A stretch of 64,000 bases of DNA from Balanoglossus misakiensis. Taxonomy: Eukaryota > Animalia > Hemichordata. The translations under genes and the position numbers were made by a program. The notes under the pieces were generated by a model that saw nothing but the letters and a program-made list of their open reading frames with translations, was not told the origin of the DNA and ran no database searches. The stretch spans positions 1-64,000 of the forward strand of contig CM082598.2 of the NCBI GenBank assembly GCA_040954595.2. Direction: 5' to 3'. Shown piece after piece: positions 1 through 12,800 of this stretch; position 1 is the first letter of the stretch, and every line of letters starts with the position of its first letter.

Positions 1-3000
1 GGTTTGGGTATCAGGTTGGCCTCCACTTCCGGCCGTAGCCTGGCGGTCGAAGGGGTTGGGTATCAAGGGGTTTGTTCGCCTCCACTTTCCGGCCGTAGAG
101 GCCTGGCGTCGAGAGGGGTTGGGTATCAGGTTGGCCTCCACTTCCGGCCGTAGCCTGGCGGTCGAAGGGGTTGGTATCAGGTTGGCCTCCACTTCCGGCC
201 GTAGCCATGGCGGTCGAAGGGTTGGGTATCAGGTTGGCCTCCACTTCCGGCCGTAGCCTGGCGGTCGAAGGGGTTGGGTATCAGGTTGGCCTCCACTTCC
301 GGCCGTAGCCTGGCCGGTCGAAGGGGTTGGGTATCAGGTTGGCCTCCACTTCCGGCCGTAGCCTGGCGGTCGAAGGGGTTGGGTATCAGGTTGGCCTCCA
401 CTTCCGGCCGTAGCCTGGCGGTCGAAGGGGTTGGGTATCAGGTTGGCCTCCACTTCCGGCCGTAGCCTGGCGGTCGAAGGGGTTGGGTATCAGGTTGGCC
501 TCCACTTCCGGCCGTAGCCTGGCGGTCGAAGGGGTTGGGTATCAGGTTGGCCTCCACTTCCGGCCGTAGCCTGGCGGTCGAAGGGGTTGGGTATCAGGTT
601 GGCCTCCACTTCCGGCCGTAGCCTGGCGGTCGAAGGGGTTGGGTATCAGGTTGGCCTCCACTTCCGGCCGTAGCCTGGCGGTCGAAGTGGGTTGGGTATC
701 AGGTTGGCCTCCACTTCCGGCCGTAGCTGGCGGTCGAAGGGGTTGGTGTATCAGGTTGGCCTCCACTTCCGGCCGTAGCCTGGCGGTCGAAGGGGTTGGG
801 TATCAGGTTGGCCTCCACTTCCGGCCGTAGCCTGGCGGTCGAAGGGGTTGGGTATCAGGTTGGCCTCCACTTCCGGCCGTAGCCTGGCGGTCGAAGGGGT
901 TGGGTATCAGGTTGGCCTCCACTTCCGGCCGTAGCCTGGCGGTCGAAGGGGTTGGGTATCTGGTTGGCCTCCACTTCCGGCCGTAGCCTGGCGGTCGAAG
1001 GGGTTGGGTATCTGGTTGGCCTCCACTTCCGGCCGTAGCCTGGCGGTCGAAGGGGTTGGGTATCAGGTTGGCCTCCACTTCCGGCCGTAGCCTGGCGGTC
1101 GAAGGGGTTGGGTATCAGGTTGGCCTCCACTTCCGGCCGTAGCCTGGCGGTCGAAGGGGTTGGGTATCAGGTTGGCCTCCACTTCCGGCCGTAGCCTGGC
1201 GGTCGAAGGGGTTGGGTATCAGGTTGGCCTCCACTTCCGGCCGTAGCCTGGCGGTCGAAGGGGTTGGGTATCAGGTTGGCCTCCACTTCCGGCCGTAGCC
1301 TGGCGGTCGAAGGGGTTGGGTATCAGGTTGGCCTCCACTTCCGGCCGTAGCCTGGCGGTCGAAGGGGTTGGGTATCAGGTTGGCCTCCACTTCCGGCCGT
1401 AGCCTGGCGGTCGAAGGGGTTGGGTATCAGGTTGGCCTCCACTTCCGGCCGTAGCCTGGCGGGTCGAAGGGGTTGGGTATCAGGTTGGCCTCCACTTCCG
1501 GCCGTAGCCTGGCGGTCGAAGGGGTTGGGTATCACGTTGGCCTCCACTTCCGGCCGTAGCCTGGCGGTCGAAGGGGTTGGGTATCAGTTGGCCTCCACTT
1601 CCGGCCGTAGCCTGGCGGTCGAAGGGGTTGGGTATCTGTTGGCCTCCACTTCCGGCCGTAGCCTGGCGGGCGAAGGGGTTGGGTATCTGGTTGGCCTCCA
1701 CTTCCGGCCGTAGCCTGGCGGTCGAAGGGGTTGGGTATCTGGTGGCCTCCACTTCCGGCCGTAGCCTGGCGGGCGAAGGGGTTGGGTATCAGGTTGGCCT
1801 CCACTTCCCGGCCGTAGCCTGGCGGTCGAAGGGGTTGGGTATCAGGTTGGCCTCCACTTCCGGCCGTAGCCTGGCGGTCGAAGGGGTTGGGTATCAGGTT
1901 GGCCTCCACTTCCGGCCGTAGCCTGGCGGTCGAAGGGGTTGGGTATCAGGTTGGCCTCCACTTCCGGCCGTAGCCTGGCGGTCGAAGGGGTTGGGTATCA
2001 GGTTGGCCTCCACTTCCGGCCGTAGCCTGGCGGTCGAAGGGGTTGGGTATCTGGGTTGGCCTCCACTTCCGGCCGTAGCCTGGCGGTCGAAGGGGTTGGG
2101 TATCAGGTTGGCCTCCACTTCCGGCCGTAGCCTGGCGGTCGAAGGGGTTGGGTATCTGGTTGGCCTCCACTTCCGGCCGTAGCCTGGCGGTCGAAGGGGT
2201 TGGGTATCTGGTTGGCCTCCACTTCCGGCCGTAGCCTGGCGGTCGAAGGGGTTGGGTATCAGGTTGGCCTCCACTTCCGGCCGTAGCCTGGCGGTCGAAG
2301 GGGTTGGGTATCAGGTTGGCCTCCACTTCCGGCCGTAGCCTGGCGGTCGAAGGGGTTGGGTATCAGGTTGGCCTCCACTTCCGGCCGTAGCCTGGCGGTC
2401 GAAGGGGTTGGGTATCAGGTTGGCCTCCACTTCCGGCCGTAGCCTGGCGGTCGAAGGGGTTGGGTATCAGGTTGGCCTCCACTTCCGGCCGTAGCCTGGC
2501 GGTCGAAGGGGTTGGGTATCAGGTTGGCCTCCACTTCCGGCCGTAGCCCTGGCGGTCGAAGGGGTTGGGTATCTGGTTGGCCTCCACTTCCGGCCGTAGC
2601 CTGGCGGTCGAAGGGGTTGGGTATCAGGTTGGCCTCCACTTCCGGCCGTAGCCTGGCGGTCGAAGGGGTTGGGTGTCAGGTTGGCCTCCACTTCCGGCCG
2701 TAGCCTGGCGGTCGAAGGGGTTGGGTGTCAGGTTGGCCTCCACTTCCGGCCGTAGCCTGGCGGTCGAAGGGGTTGGGTGTCAGGTTGGCCTCCACTTCCG
2801 GCCGTAGCCTGGCGGTCGAAGGGGTTGGGTGTCAGGTTGGCCTCCACTTCCGGCCGTAGCCTGGCGGTCGAAGGGGTTGGGTGTCTGGTTGGCCTCCACT
2901 TCCGGCCGTAGCCTGGCGGTCGAAGGGGTTGGGTGTCTGGTTGGCCTCCACTTCCGGCCGTAGCCTGGCGGTCGAAGGGGTTGGGTGTCTGGTTGGCCTC

Positions 3001-6000
3001 CACTTCCGGCCGTAGCTGGCGGTCGAAGGGGTTGGGTGTCTGGTTGGCCTCCACTTCCGGCCGTAGCCTGGCGGTCGAAGGGGTTGGGTGTCTGGTTGGC
3101 CTCCACTTCCGGCCGTAGCCTGGCGGTCGAAGGGGTTGGGTGTCTGGTTGGCCTCCACTTCCGGCCGTAGCCTGGCGGTCGAAGGGGTTGGGTGTCAGGT
3201 TGGCCTCCACTTCCGGCCGTAGCCTGGCGGTCGAAGGGGTTGGGTGTCAGGTTGGCCTCCACTTCCGGCCGTAGCCTGGCGGTCGAAGGGGTTGGGTGTC
3301 AGGTTGGCCTCCACTTCCGGCCGTAGCCTGGCGGTCGAAGGGGTTGGGTGTCAGGTTGGCCTCCACTTCCGGCCGTAGCCTGGCGGTCGAAGGGGTTGGG
3401 TGTCAGGTTGGCCTCCACTTCCGGCCGTAGCCTGGCGGTCGAAGGGGTTGGGTGTCAGGTTGGCCTCCACTTCCGGCCGTAGCCTGGCGGTCGAAGGGGT
3501 TGGGTGTCAGGTTGGCCTCCACTTCCGGCCGTAGCCTGGCGGTCGAAGGGGTTGGGTGTCAGGTTGGCCTCCACTTCCGGCCGTAGCCTGGCGGTCGAAG
3601 GGGTTGGGTGTCAGGTTGGCCTCCACTTCCGGCCGTAGCCTGGCGGTCGAAGGGGTTGGGTGTCAGGTTGGCCTCCACTTCCGGCCGTAGCCTGGCGGTC
3701 GAAGGGTTGGGTGTCAGGTTGGCCTCCACTTCCGGCCGTAGCCTGGCGGTCGAAGGGGTTGGGTGTCAGGTTGGCCTCCACTTCCGGCCGTAGCCTGGCG
3801 GTCGAAGGGTTGGGTGTCAGGTTGGCCTCCACTTCCGGCCGTAGCCTGGCGGTCGAAGGGGTTGGGTGTCAGGTTGGCCTCCACTTCCGGCGTAGCCTGG
3901 CGGTCGAAGGGGTTGGGTGTCAGGTTGGCCTCCACTTCCGGCCGTAGCCTGGCGGTCGAAGGGGTTGGGTGTCAGGTTGGCCTCCACTTCCGCCGTAGCC
4001 TGGCGGTCGAAGGGGTTGGGTGTCAGGTTGGCCTCCACTTCCGGCCGTAGCCTGGCGGTCGAAGGGGTTGGGTGTCAGGTTGGCCTCCACTTCCGGCCGT
4101 AGCCTGGCGGTCGAAGGGGTTGGGTGTCAGGTTGGCCTCCACTTCCGGCCGTAGCCTGGCGGTCGAAGGGGTTGGGTGTCAGGTTGGCCTCCACTTCCGG
4201 CCGTAGCCTGGCGGTCGAAGGGGTTGGGTGTCAGGTTGGCCTCCACTTCCGGCCGTAGCCTGGCGGTCGAAGGGGTTGGGTGTCAGGTTGGCCTCCACTT
4301 CCGGCCGTAGCCTGGCGGTCGAAGGGGTTGGGTGTCAGGTTGGCCTCCACTTCCGGCCGTAGCCTGGCGGTCGAAGGGGTTGGGTGTCAGGTTGGCCTCC
4401 ACTTCCGGCCGTAGCCTGGCGGTCGAAGGGGTTGGGTGTCAGGTTGGCCTCCACTTCCGGCCGTAGCCTGGCGGTCGAAGGGGTTGGGTGTCAGGTTGGC
4501 CTCCACTTCCGGCCGTAGCCTGGCGGTCGAAGGGGTTGGGTGTCAGGTTGGCCTCCACTTCCGGCCGTAGCCTGGCGGTCGAAGGGGTTGGGTGTCAGGT
4601 TGGCCTCCACTTCCGGCCGTAGCCTGGCGGTCGAAGGGGTTGGGTGTCAGGTTGGCCTCCACTTCCGGCCGTAGCCTGGCGGTCGAAGGGGTTGGGTGTC
4701 AGGTTGGCCTCCACTTCCGGCCGTAGCCTGGCGGTCGAAGGGGTTGGGTGTCAGGTTGGCCTCCACTTCCGGCCGTAGCCTGGCGGTCGAAGGGGTTGGG
4801 TGTCAGGTTGGCCTCCACTTCCGGCCGTAGCCTGGCGGTCGAAGGGGTTGGGTGTCAGGTTGGCCTCCACTTCCGGCCGTAGCCTGGCGGTCGAAGGGGT
4901 TGGGTGTCAGGTTGGCCTCCACTTCCGGCCGTAGCCTGGCGGTCGAAGGGGTTGGGTGTCAGGTTGGCCTCCACTTCCGGCCGTAGCCTGGCGGTCGAAG
5001 GGGTTGGGTGTCAGGTTGGCCTCCACTTCCGGCCGTAGCCTGGCGGTCGAAGGGGTTGGGTGTCAGGTTGGCCTCCACTTCCGGCCGTAGCCTGGCGGTC
5101 GAAGGGGTTGGGTGTCAGGTTGGCCTCCACTTCCGGCCGTAGCCTGGCGGTCGAAGGGGTTGGGTGTCAGGTTGGCCTCCACTTCCGGCCGTAGCCTGGC
5201 GGTCGAAGGGGTTGGGTGTCAGGTTGGCCTCCACTTCCGGCCGTAGCCTGGCGGTCGAAGGGGTTGGGTGTCAGGTTGGCCTCCACTTCCGGCCGTAGCC
5301 TGGCGGTCGAAGGGGTTGGGTGTCAGGTTGGCCTCCACTTCCGGCCGTAGCCTGGCGGTCGAAGGGGTTGGGTGTCAGGTTGGCCTCCACTTCCGGCCGT
5401 AGCCTGGCGGTCGAAGGGGTTGGGTGTCAGGTTGGCCTCCACTTCCGGCCGTAGCCTGGCGGTCGAAGGGGTTGGGTGTCAGGTTGGCCTCCACTTCCGG
5501 CCGTAGCCTGGCGGTCGAAGGGGTTGGGTGTCAGGTTGGCCTCCACTTCCGGCCGTAGCCTGGCGGTCGAAGGGGTTGGGTGTCAGGTTGGCCTCCACTT
5601 CCGGCCGTAGCCTGGCGGTCGAAGGGGTTGGGTGTCAGGTTGGCCTCCACTTCCGGCCGTAGCCTGGCGGTCGAAGGGGTTGGGTGTCAGGTTGGCCTCC
5701 ACTTCCGGCCGTAGCCTGGCGGTCGAAGGGGTTGGGTGTCAGGTTGGCCTCCACTTCCGGCCGTAGCCTGGCGGTCGAAGGGGTTGGGTGTCAGGTTGGC
5801 CTCCACTTCCGGCCGTAGCCTGGCGGTCGAAGGGGTTGGGTGTCAGGTTGGCCTCCACTTCCGGCCGTAGCCTGGCGGTCGAAGGGGTTGGGTGTCAGGT
5901 TGGCCTCCACTTCCGGCCGTAGCCTGGCGGTCGAAGGGGTTGGGTGTCAGGTTGGCCTCCACTTCCGGCCGTAGCCTGGCGGTCGAAGGGGTTGGGTGTC

Positions 6001-9000
6001 AGGTTGGCCTCCACTTCCGGCCGTAGCCTGGCGGTCGAAGGGGTTGGGTATCAGGTTGGCCTCCACTTCCGGCCGTAGCCTGGCGGTCGAAGGGGTTGGG
6101 TATCAGGTTGGCCTCCACTTCCGGCCGTAGCCTGGCGGTCGAAGGGGTTGGGTATCAGGTTGGCCTCCACTTCCGGCCGTAGCCTGGCGGTCGAAGGGGT
6201 TGGGTATCAGGTTGGCCTCCACTTCCGGCCGTAGCCTGGCGGTCGAAGGGGTTGGGTATCAGGTTGGCCTCCACTTCCGGCCGTAGCCTGGCGGTCGAAG
6301 GGGTTGGGTATCAGGTTGGCCTCCACTTCCGGCCGTAGCCTGGCGGTCGAAGGGGTTGGGTATCAGGTTGGCCTCCACTTCCGGCCGTAGCCTGGCGGTC
6401 GAAGGGGTTGGGTATCAGGTTGGCCTCCACTTCCGGCCGTAGCCTGGCGGTCGAAGGGGTTGGGTGTCAGGTTGGCCTCCACTTCCGGCCGTAGCCTGGC
6501 GGTCGAAGGGGTTGGGTGTCAGGTTGGCCTCCACTTCCGGCCGTAGCCTGGCGGTCGAAGGGGTTGGGTGTCAGGTTGGCCTCCACTTCCGGCCGTAGCC
6601 TGGCGGTCGAAGGGGTTGGGTGTCAGGTTGGCCTCCACTTCCGGCCGTAGCCTGGCGGTCGAAGGGGTTGGGTGTCAGGTTGGCCTCCACTTCCGGCCGT
6701 AGCCTGGCGGTCGAAGGGGTTGGGTGTCAGGTTGGCCTCCACTTCCGGCCGTAGCCTGGCGGTCGAAGGGGTTGGGTGTCTGGTTGGCCTCCACTTCCGG
6801 CCGTAGCCTGGCGGTCGAAGGGGTTGGGTGTCAGGTTGGCCTCCACTTCCGGCCGTAGCCTGGCGGTCGAAGGGGTTGGGTGTCAGGTTGGCCTCCACTT
6901 CCGGCCGTAGCCTGGCGGTCGAAGGGGTTGGGTGTCAGGTTGGCCTCCACTTCCGGCCGTAGCCTGGCGGTCGAAGGGGTTGGGTGTCAGGTTGGCCTCC
7001 ACTTCCGGCCGTAGCCTGGCGGTCGAAGGGGTTGGGTGTCAGGTTGGCCTCCACTTCCGGCCGTAGCCTGGCGGTCGAAGGGGTTGGGTGTCAGGTTGGC
7101 CTCCACTTCCGGCCGTAGCCTGGCGGTCGAAGGGGTTGGGTGTCAGGTTGGCCTCCACTTCCGGCCGTAGCCTGGCGGTCGAAGGGGTTGGGTGTCAGGT
7201 TGGCCTCCACTTCCGGCCGTAGCCTGGCGGTCGAAGGGGTTGGGTGTCAGGTTGGCCTCCACTTCCGGCCGTAGCCTGGCGGTCGAAGGGGTTGGGTGTC
7301 AGGTTGGCCTCCACTTCCGGCCGTAGCCTGGCGGTCGAAGGGGTTGGGTGTCAGGTTGGCCTCCACTTCCGGCCGTAGCCTGGCGGTCGAAGGGGTTGGG
7401 TGTCTGGTTGGCCTCCACTTCCGGCCGTAGCCTGGCGGTCGAAGGGGTTGGGTGTCAGGTTGGCCTCCACTTCCGGCCGTAGCCTGGCGGTCGAAGGGGT
7501 TGGGTGTCAGGTTGGCCTCCACTTCCGGCCGTAGCCTGGCGGTCGAAGGGGTTGGGTGTCAGGTTGGCCTCACTTCCGGCCGTAGCCTGGCGGTCGAAGG
7601 GGTTGGGTGTCAGGTTGGCCTCCACTTCCGGCCGTAGCCTGGCGGTCGAAGGGGTTGGGTGTCAGGTTGGCCTCCACTTCCGGCCGTAGCCTGGCGGTCG
7701 AAGGGGTTGGGTGTCAGGTTGGCCTCCACTTCCGGCCGTAGCCTGGCGGTCGAAGGGGTTGGGTGTCAGGTTGGCCTCCACTTCCGGCCGTAGCCTGGCG
7801 GTCGAAGGGGTTGGGTGTCAGGTTGGCCTCCACTTCCGGCCGTAGCCTGGCGGTCGAAGGGGTTGGGTGTCAGGTTGGCCTCCACTTCCGGCCGTAGCCT
7901 GGCGGTCGAAGGGGTTGGGTGTCAGGTTGGCCTCCACTTCCGGCCGTAGCCTGGCGGTCGAAGGGGTTGGGTGTCAGGTTGGCCTCCACTTCCGGCCGTA
8001 GCCTGGCGGTCGAAGGGGTTGGGTGTCAGGTTGGCCTCCACTTCCGGCCGTAGCCTGGCGGTCGAAGGGGTTGGGTGTCAGGTTGGCCTCCACTTCCGGC
8101 CGTAGCCTGGCGGTCGAAGGGGTTGGGTGTCAGGTTGGCCTCCACTTCCGGCCGTAGCCTGGCGGTCGAAGGGGTTGGGTGTCAGGTTGGCCTCCACTTC
8201 CGGCCGTAGCCTGGCGGTCGAAGGGGTTGGGTGTCAGGTTGGCCTCCACTTCCGGCCGTAGCCTGGCGGTCGAAGGGGTTGGGTGTCAGGTTGGCCTCCA
8301 CTTCCGGCCGTAGCCTGGCGGTCGAAGGGGTTGGGTGTCAGGTTGGCCTCCACTTCCGGCCGTAGCCTGGCGGTCGAAGGGGTTGGGTGTCAGGTTGGCC
8401 TCCACTTCCGGCCGTAGCCTGGCGGTCGAAGGGGTTGGGTGTCAGGTTGGCCTCCACTTCCGGCCGTAGCCTGGCGGTCGAAGGGGTTGGGTATCAGGTT
8501 GGCCTCCACTTCCGGCCGTAGCCTGGCGGTCGAAGGGGTTGGGTATCAGGTTGGCCTCCACTTCCGGCCGTAGCCTGGCGGTCGAAGGGGTTGGGTATCA
8601 GGTTGGCCTCCACTTCCGGCCGTAGCCTGGCGGTCGAAGGGGTTGGGTATCAGGTTGGCCTCCACTTCCGGCCGTAGCCTGGCGGTCGAAGGGGTTGGGT
8701 ATCAGGTTGGCCTCCACTTCCGGCCGTAGCCTGGCGGTCGAAGGGGTTGGGTATCAGGTTGGCCTCCACTTCCGGCCGTAGCCTGGCGGTCGAAGGGGTT
8801 GGGTATCAGGTTGGCCTCCACTTCCGGCCGTAGCCTGGCGGTCGAAGGGGTTGGGTATCAGGTTGGCCTCCACTTCCGGCGTAGCCTGGCGGTCGAAGGG
8901 GTTGGGTATCAGGTTGGCCTCCACTTCCGGCCGTAGCCTGGCGGTCGAAGGGGTTGGGTATCAGGTTGGCCTCCACTTCCGGCCGTAGCCTGGCGGTCGA

Positions 9001-9856
9001 AGGGGTTGGGTATCAGGTTGGCCTCCACTTCCGGCCGTAGCCTGGCGGTCGAAGGGGTTGGGTATCAGGTTGGCCTCCACTTCCGGCCGTAGCCTGGCGG
9101 TCGAAGGGGTTGGGTATCAGGTTGGCCTCCACTTCCGGCCGTAGCCTGGCGGTCGAAGGGGTTGGGTATCAGGTTGGCCTCCACTTCCGGCCGTAGCCTG
9201 GCGGTCGAAGGGGGTTGGGTATCAGGTTGGCCTCCACTTCCGGCCGTAGCCTGGCGGTCGAAGGGGTTTGGGTATCTGGTTGGCCTCCACTTCCGGCCGT
9301 AGCCTGGCGGTCGAAGGGGTTGGGTATCTGGTTGGCCTCCACTTCCGGCCGTAGCCTGGCGGTCGAAGGGGTTGGGTATCTGGTTGGCCTCCACTTCCGG
9401 CCGTAGCCTGGCGGTCGAAGGGGTTGGGTATCTGGTTGGCCTCCACTTCCGGCCGTAGCCTGGCGGTCGAAGGGGTTGGGTATCTGGTTGGCCTCCACTT
9501 CCGGCCGTAGCCTGGCGGTCGAAGGGGTTGGGTATCAGGTTGGCCTCCACTTCCGGCCGTAGCCTGGCGGTCGAAGGGGTTGGGTATCTGGTTGGCCTCC
9601 ACTTCCGGCCGTAGCCTGGCGGTCGAAGGGGTTGGGTATCAGGTTGGCCTCCACTTCCGGCCGTAGCCTGGCGGTCGAAGGGGTTGGGTATCAGGTTGGC
9701 CTCCACTTCCGGCCGTAGCCTGGCGGTCGAAGGGGTTGGGTATCAGGTTGGCCTCCACTTCCGGCCGTAGCCTGGCGGTCGAAGGGGTTGGGTATCAGGT
9801 TGGCCTCCACTTCCGGCCGTAGCCTGGCGGTCGAAGGGGTTGGGTATCTGGTTGGC
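1..9856. repeat. 52-bp GC-rich satellite, about 190 copies, very homogeneous
   Basis: Unit GGGTRTCWGGTTGGCCTCCACTTCCGGCCGTAGCCTGGCGGTCGAAGGGGTT repeated head to tail. Variants are mainly TATC/TGTC and CAGG/CTGG. The array runs off the left edge of the window. Confidence 0.99.
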
Positions 9857-12800
9857 GTGGTGAATCCGGGCCAAGTTGCCGGCGACTTCCGGTCGTAACG
9901 GCGCGGTGAATCTGGGCCAAGTTGCCGGCGACTTCCGGTCGTATCGGCGCAAGAATCTGGCCAAGTTGCCGAGACTTCCTGTGAATCCGGGCCAAGTTGC
10001 GGCAACTTCCGGTCGTAACGGCGCGGTGAATCAGGGCCAAGTTGCCGGCGACTTCCGGTGGTAACGGCGCGGTGAATCTGGGCCAAGTTGCCGGCGACTT
10101 CCGGTCGTAACGGCGCAAGAATCTGGGCCAAGTTGCCGGGGACTTCCTGTGAATCCGGGCCAAGTTGCGGCGACTTCCGGTCGTAACGGCGCGGTGAATC
10201 AGGGCCAAGTTGCCGGCGACTTCCGGTGGTAACGGCGCGGTGAATCTGGGCCAAGTTGCCGGCGACTTCCTGTCGTAACGGCGCGGTGAATCTGGGCCAA
10301 GTTGCCGGCGACTTCCTGTCGTAACGGCGCGGTGAATCTGGGCCAAGTTGATGGCGACTTCCGGTCGTAACGGCGTGAATCTTGGCCAAGTTGCCGCCGA
10401 CTTCCGGTCGTAACGGCGAGTTGAATCTTGGCCAAGTTGCCGGCGACTTCCGGTCGGAACGGCGCAGTGAATCCGGGCCAAGTTGCGGCGACTTCCGGTC
10501 GTAAAGGCGTGGTGAATCTGGGCCAAGTTGCCGGCGACTTCCTGTCGTAACGGCGCGGTGAATCTGGGCCAAGTTGCCGGCGACTTCCTGTCGTAACGGC
10601 GCGGTGAATCTGGGCCAAGTTGATGGCGACTTCCGGTCGTAACGGCGTGAATCTGGGCCAAGTTGCCGGCGACTTCCGGTCGTAACGGCGCGGTGAATCT
10701 GGGCCAAGTTGCCGGCGACTTCCTGTCGTAACGGCGAGGTGAATCTTGGCCAAGTTGCCGGCGACTTCCGGTCGTAACGGCGTGAATCTGGGCCAAGTTG
10801 CCGGCGACTTCCGGTCGTAACGGCGCGGTGAATCTGGGCCAAGTTGCCGGCGACTTCCTGTCGTAACGGCGAGGTGAATCTTGGCCAAGTTGCCGGCGAC
10901 TTCCGGTCGTAACGGCGTGAATCTGGGCCAAGTTGCCGGCGACTTCCGGTCGTAACGGCGCGGTGAATCTGGGCCAAGTTGCCGGCGACTTCCGGTCGTA
11001 ACGGCGAGGTGAATCTTGGCCAAGTTGCCGGCGACTTCCGGTCGGAACGGCGCAGTGAATCCGGGCCAAGTTGCGGCGACTTCCGGTCGTAACGGCGTGG
11101 TGAATCCAGGCCAAGTTGCCGGCGACTTCCGGTCGTAACGGCGCGGTGAATCTGGGCCAAGTTGCCGGAGACTTCCTGTGAATCCGGGCCAAGTTGCCGG
11201 CGACTTCCGGTCGTAACGGCGCGGTGAATCTGGGCCTAGTTGCCGGCAACTTCCGGTCGTAACGGCGCAAGAATCTGGGCCAAGTTGCCGGAGACTTCCT
11301 GTGAATCCAGGCCAAGTTGCCGGCGACTTCCGGTCGTAACGGCACGGTGAATCTGGGCCAAGTTGCCGGCGACTTCCGGTGGTAACGGCGCGGTGAATCT
11401 GGGCCAAGTTGCCGGCGACTTCCGGTCGTAACGGCGCAAGAATCTGGGCCAAGTTGCCGGAGACTTCCTGTGAATCCGGGCCAAGTTGCGGCGTCTTCCG
11501 GTCGTAACGGCGCTGTGAATCTGGGCCAAGTTGCCGGCGACTTCCGGTCGTAACGGCGCAAGAATCTGGGCGAAGTTGCCGGCGACTTCCGGTGGTAACG
11601 GCGCGGTGAATCTGGGCCAAGTTGCCGGCGACTTCCGGTCGTAACGGCGCAAGAATCTGGGCCAAGTTGCCGGAGACTTCCTGTGAATCCGGGCCAAGTT
11701 GCGGCGACTTCCGGTCGTAACAGCGCGGTGAATCAGGGCCAAGTTGCCGGCGACTTCCGGTGGTAACGGCGCGGTGAATCTGGGCCATTTTGCCGGCGAC
11801 TTCCGGTCGTAACGGCGCAAGAATCTGGGCCAAGTTGCCGGGGACTTCCTGTGAATCCGGGCCAAGTTGCGGCAACTTCCGGTCGTAACGGCGCGGTGAA
11901 TCAGGGCCAAGTTGCCGGCGACTTCCGGTGGTAACGGCGCGGTGAATCTGGGCCAAGTTGCCGGCGACTTCCTGTCGTAACGGCGCGGTGAATCTGGGCC
12001 AAGTTGCCGGCGACTTCCTGTCGTAACGGCGCGGTGAATCTGGGCCAAGTTGATGGCGACTTCCGGTCGTAACGGCGTGAATCTTGGCCAAGTTGCCGCC
12101 GACTTCCGGTCGTAACGGCGAGTTGAATCTTGGCCAAGTTGCCGGCGACTTCCTGTCGTAACGGCGCGGTGAATCTGGGCCAAGTTGCCGGCGACTTCCT
12201 GTGGTAACGGCGCGGTGAATCTGGGCCAAGTTGATGGCGACTTCCGGTCGTAACGGCGCAGTGAATCCGGGCCAAGTTGCGGCGACTTCCTGTCGTAACG
12301 GCGTGGTGAATCCAGGCCAAGTTGCCGGCGACTTCCGGTCGTAACGGCGCGGTGAATCTGGGCCAAGTTGCCGGAGACTTCCTGTGAATCCGGGCCAAGT
12401 TGCCGGCGACTTCCGGTCGTAACGGCGCAAGAATCTGGGCCAAGTTGCCGGGGACTTCCTGTGAATCCGGGCCAAGTTGCGGCAACTTCCGGTCGTAACG
12501 GCGCGGTGAATCAGGGCCAAGTTGCCGGCGACTTCCGGTGGTAACGGCGCGGTGAATCTGGGCCAAGTTGCCGGCGACTTCCTGTCGTAACGGCGCGGTG
12601 AATCTGGGCCAAGTTGCCGGCGACTTCCTGTCGGAACGGCGCGGTGAATCTGGGCCAAGTTGATGGCGACTTCCGGTCGTAACGGCGTGAATCTTGGCCA
12701 AGTTGCCGCCGACTTCCGGTCGTAACGGCGAGTTGAATCTTGGCCAAGTTGCCGGCGACTTCCGGTCGGAACGGCGCAGTGAATCCGGGCCAAGTTGCGG

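Noticed and set aside
1-2600. Higher indel density in the first monomers as biological decay
   Set aside because: Scattered single-base indels near a sequence start are equally explained by low-coverage consensus error, and this cannot be resolved without reads.
1-9856. 52-mer as the true telomeric repeat (contains GGGGTTGGG)
   Set aside because: The G-rich strand has the wrong polarity for a left chromosome end, no terminal CCCTAA is present, and the chromosomal position is unknown.
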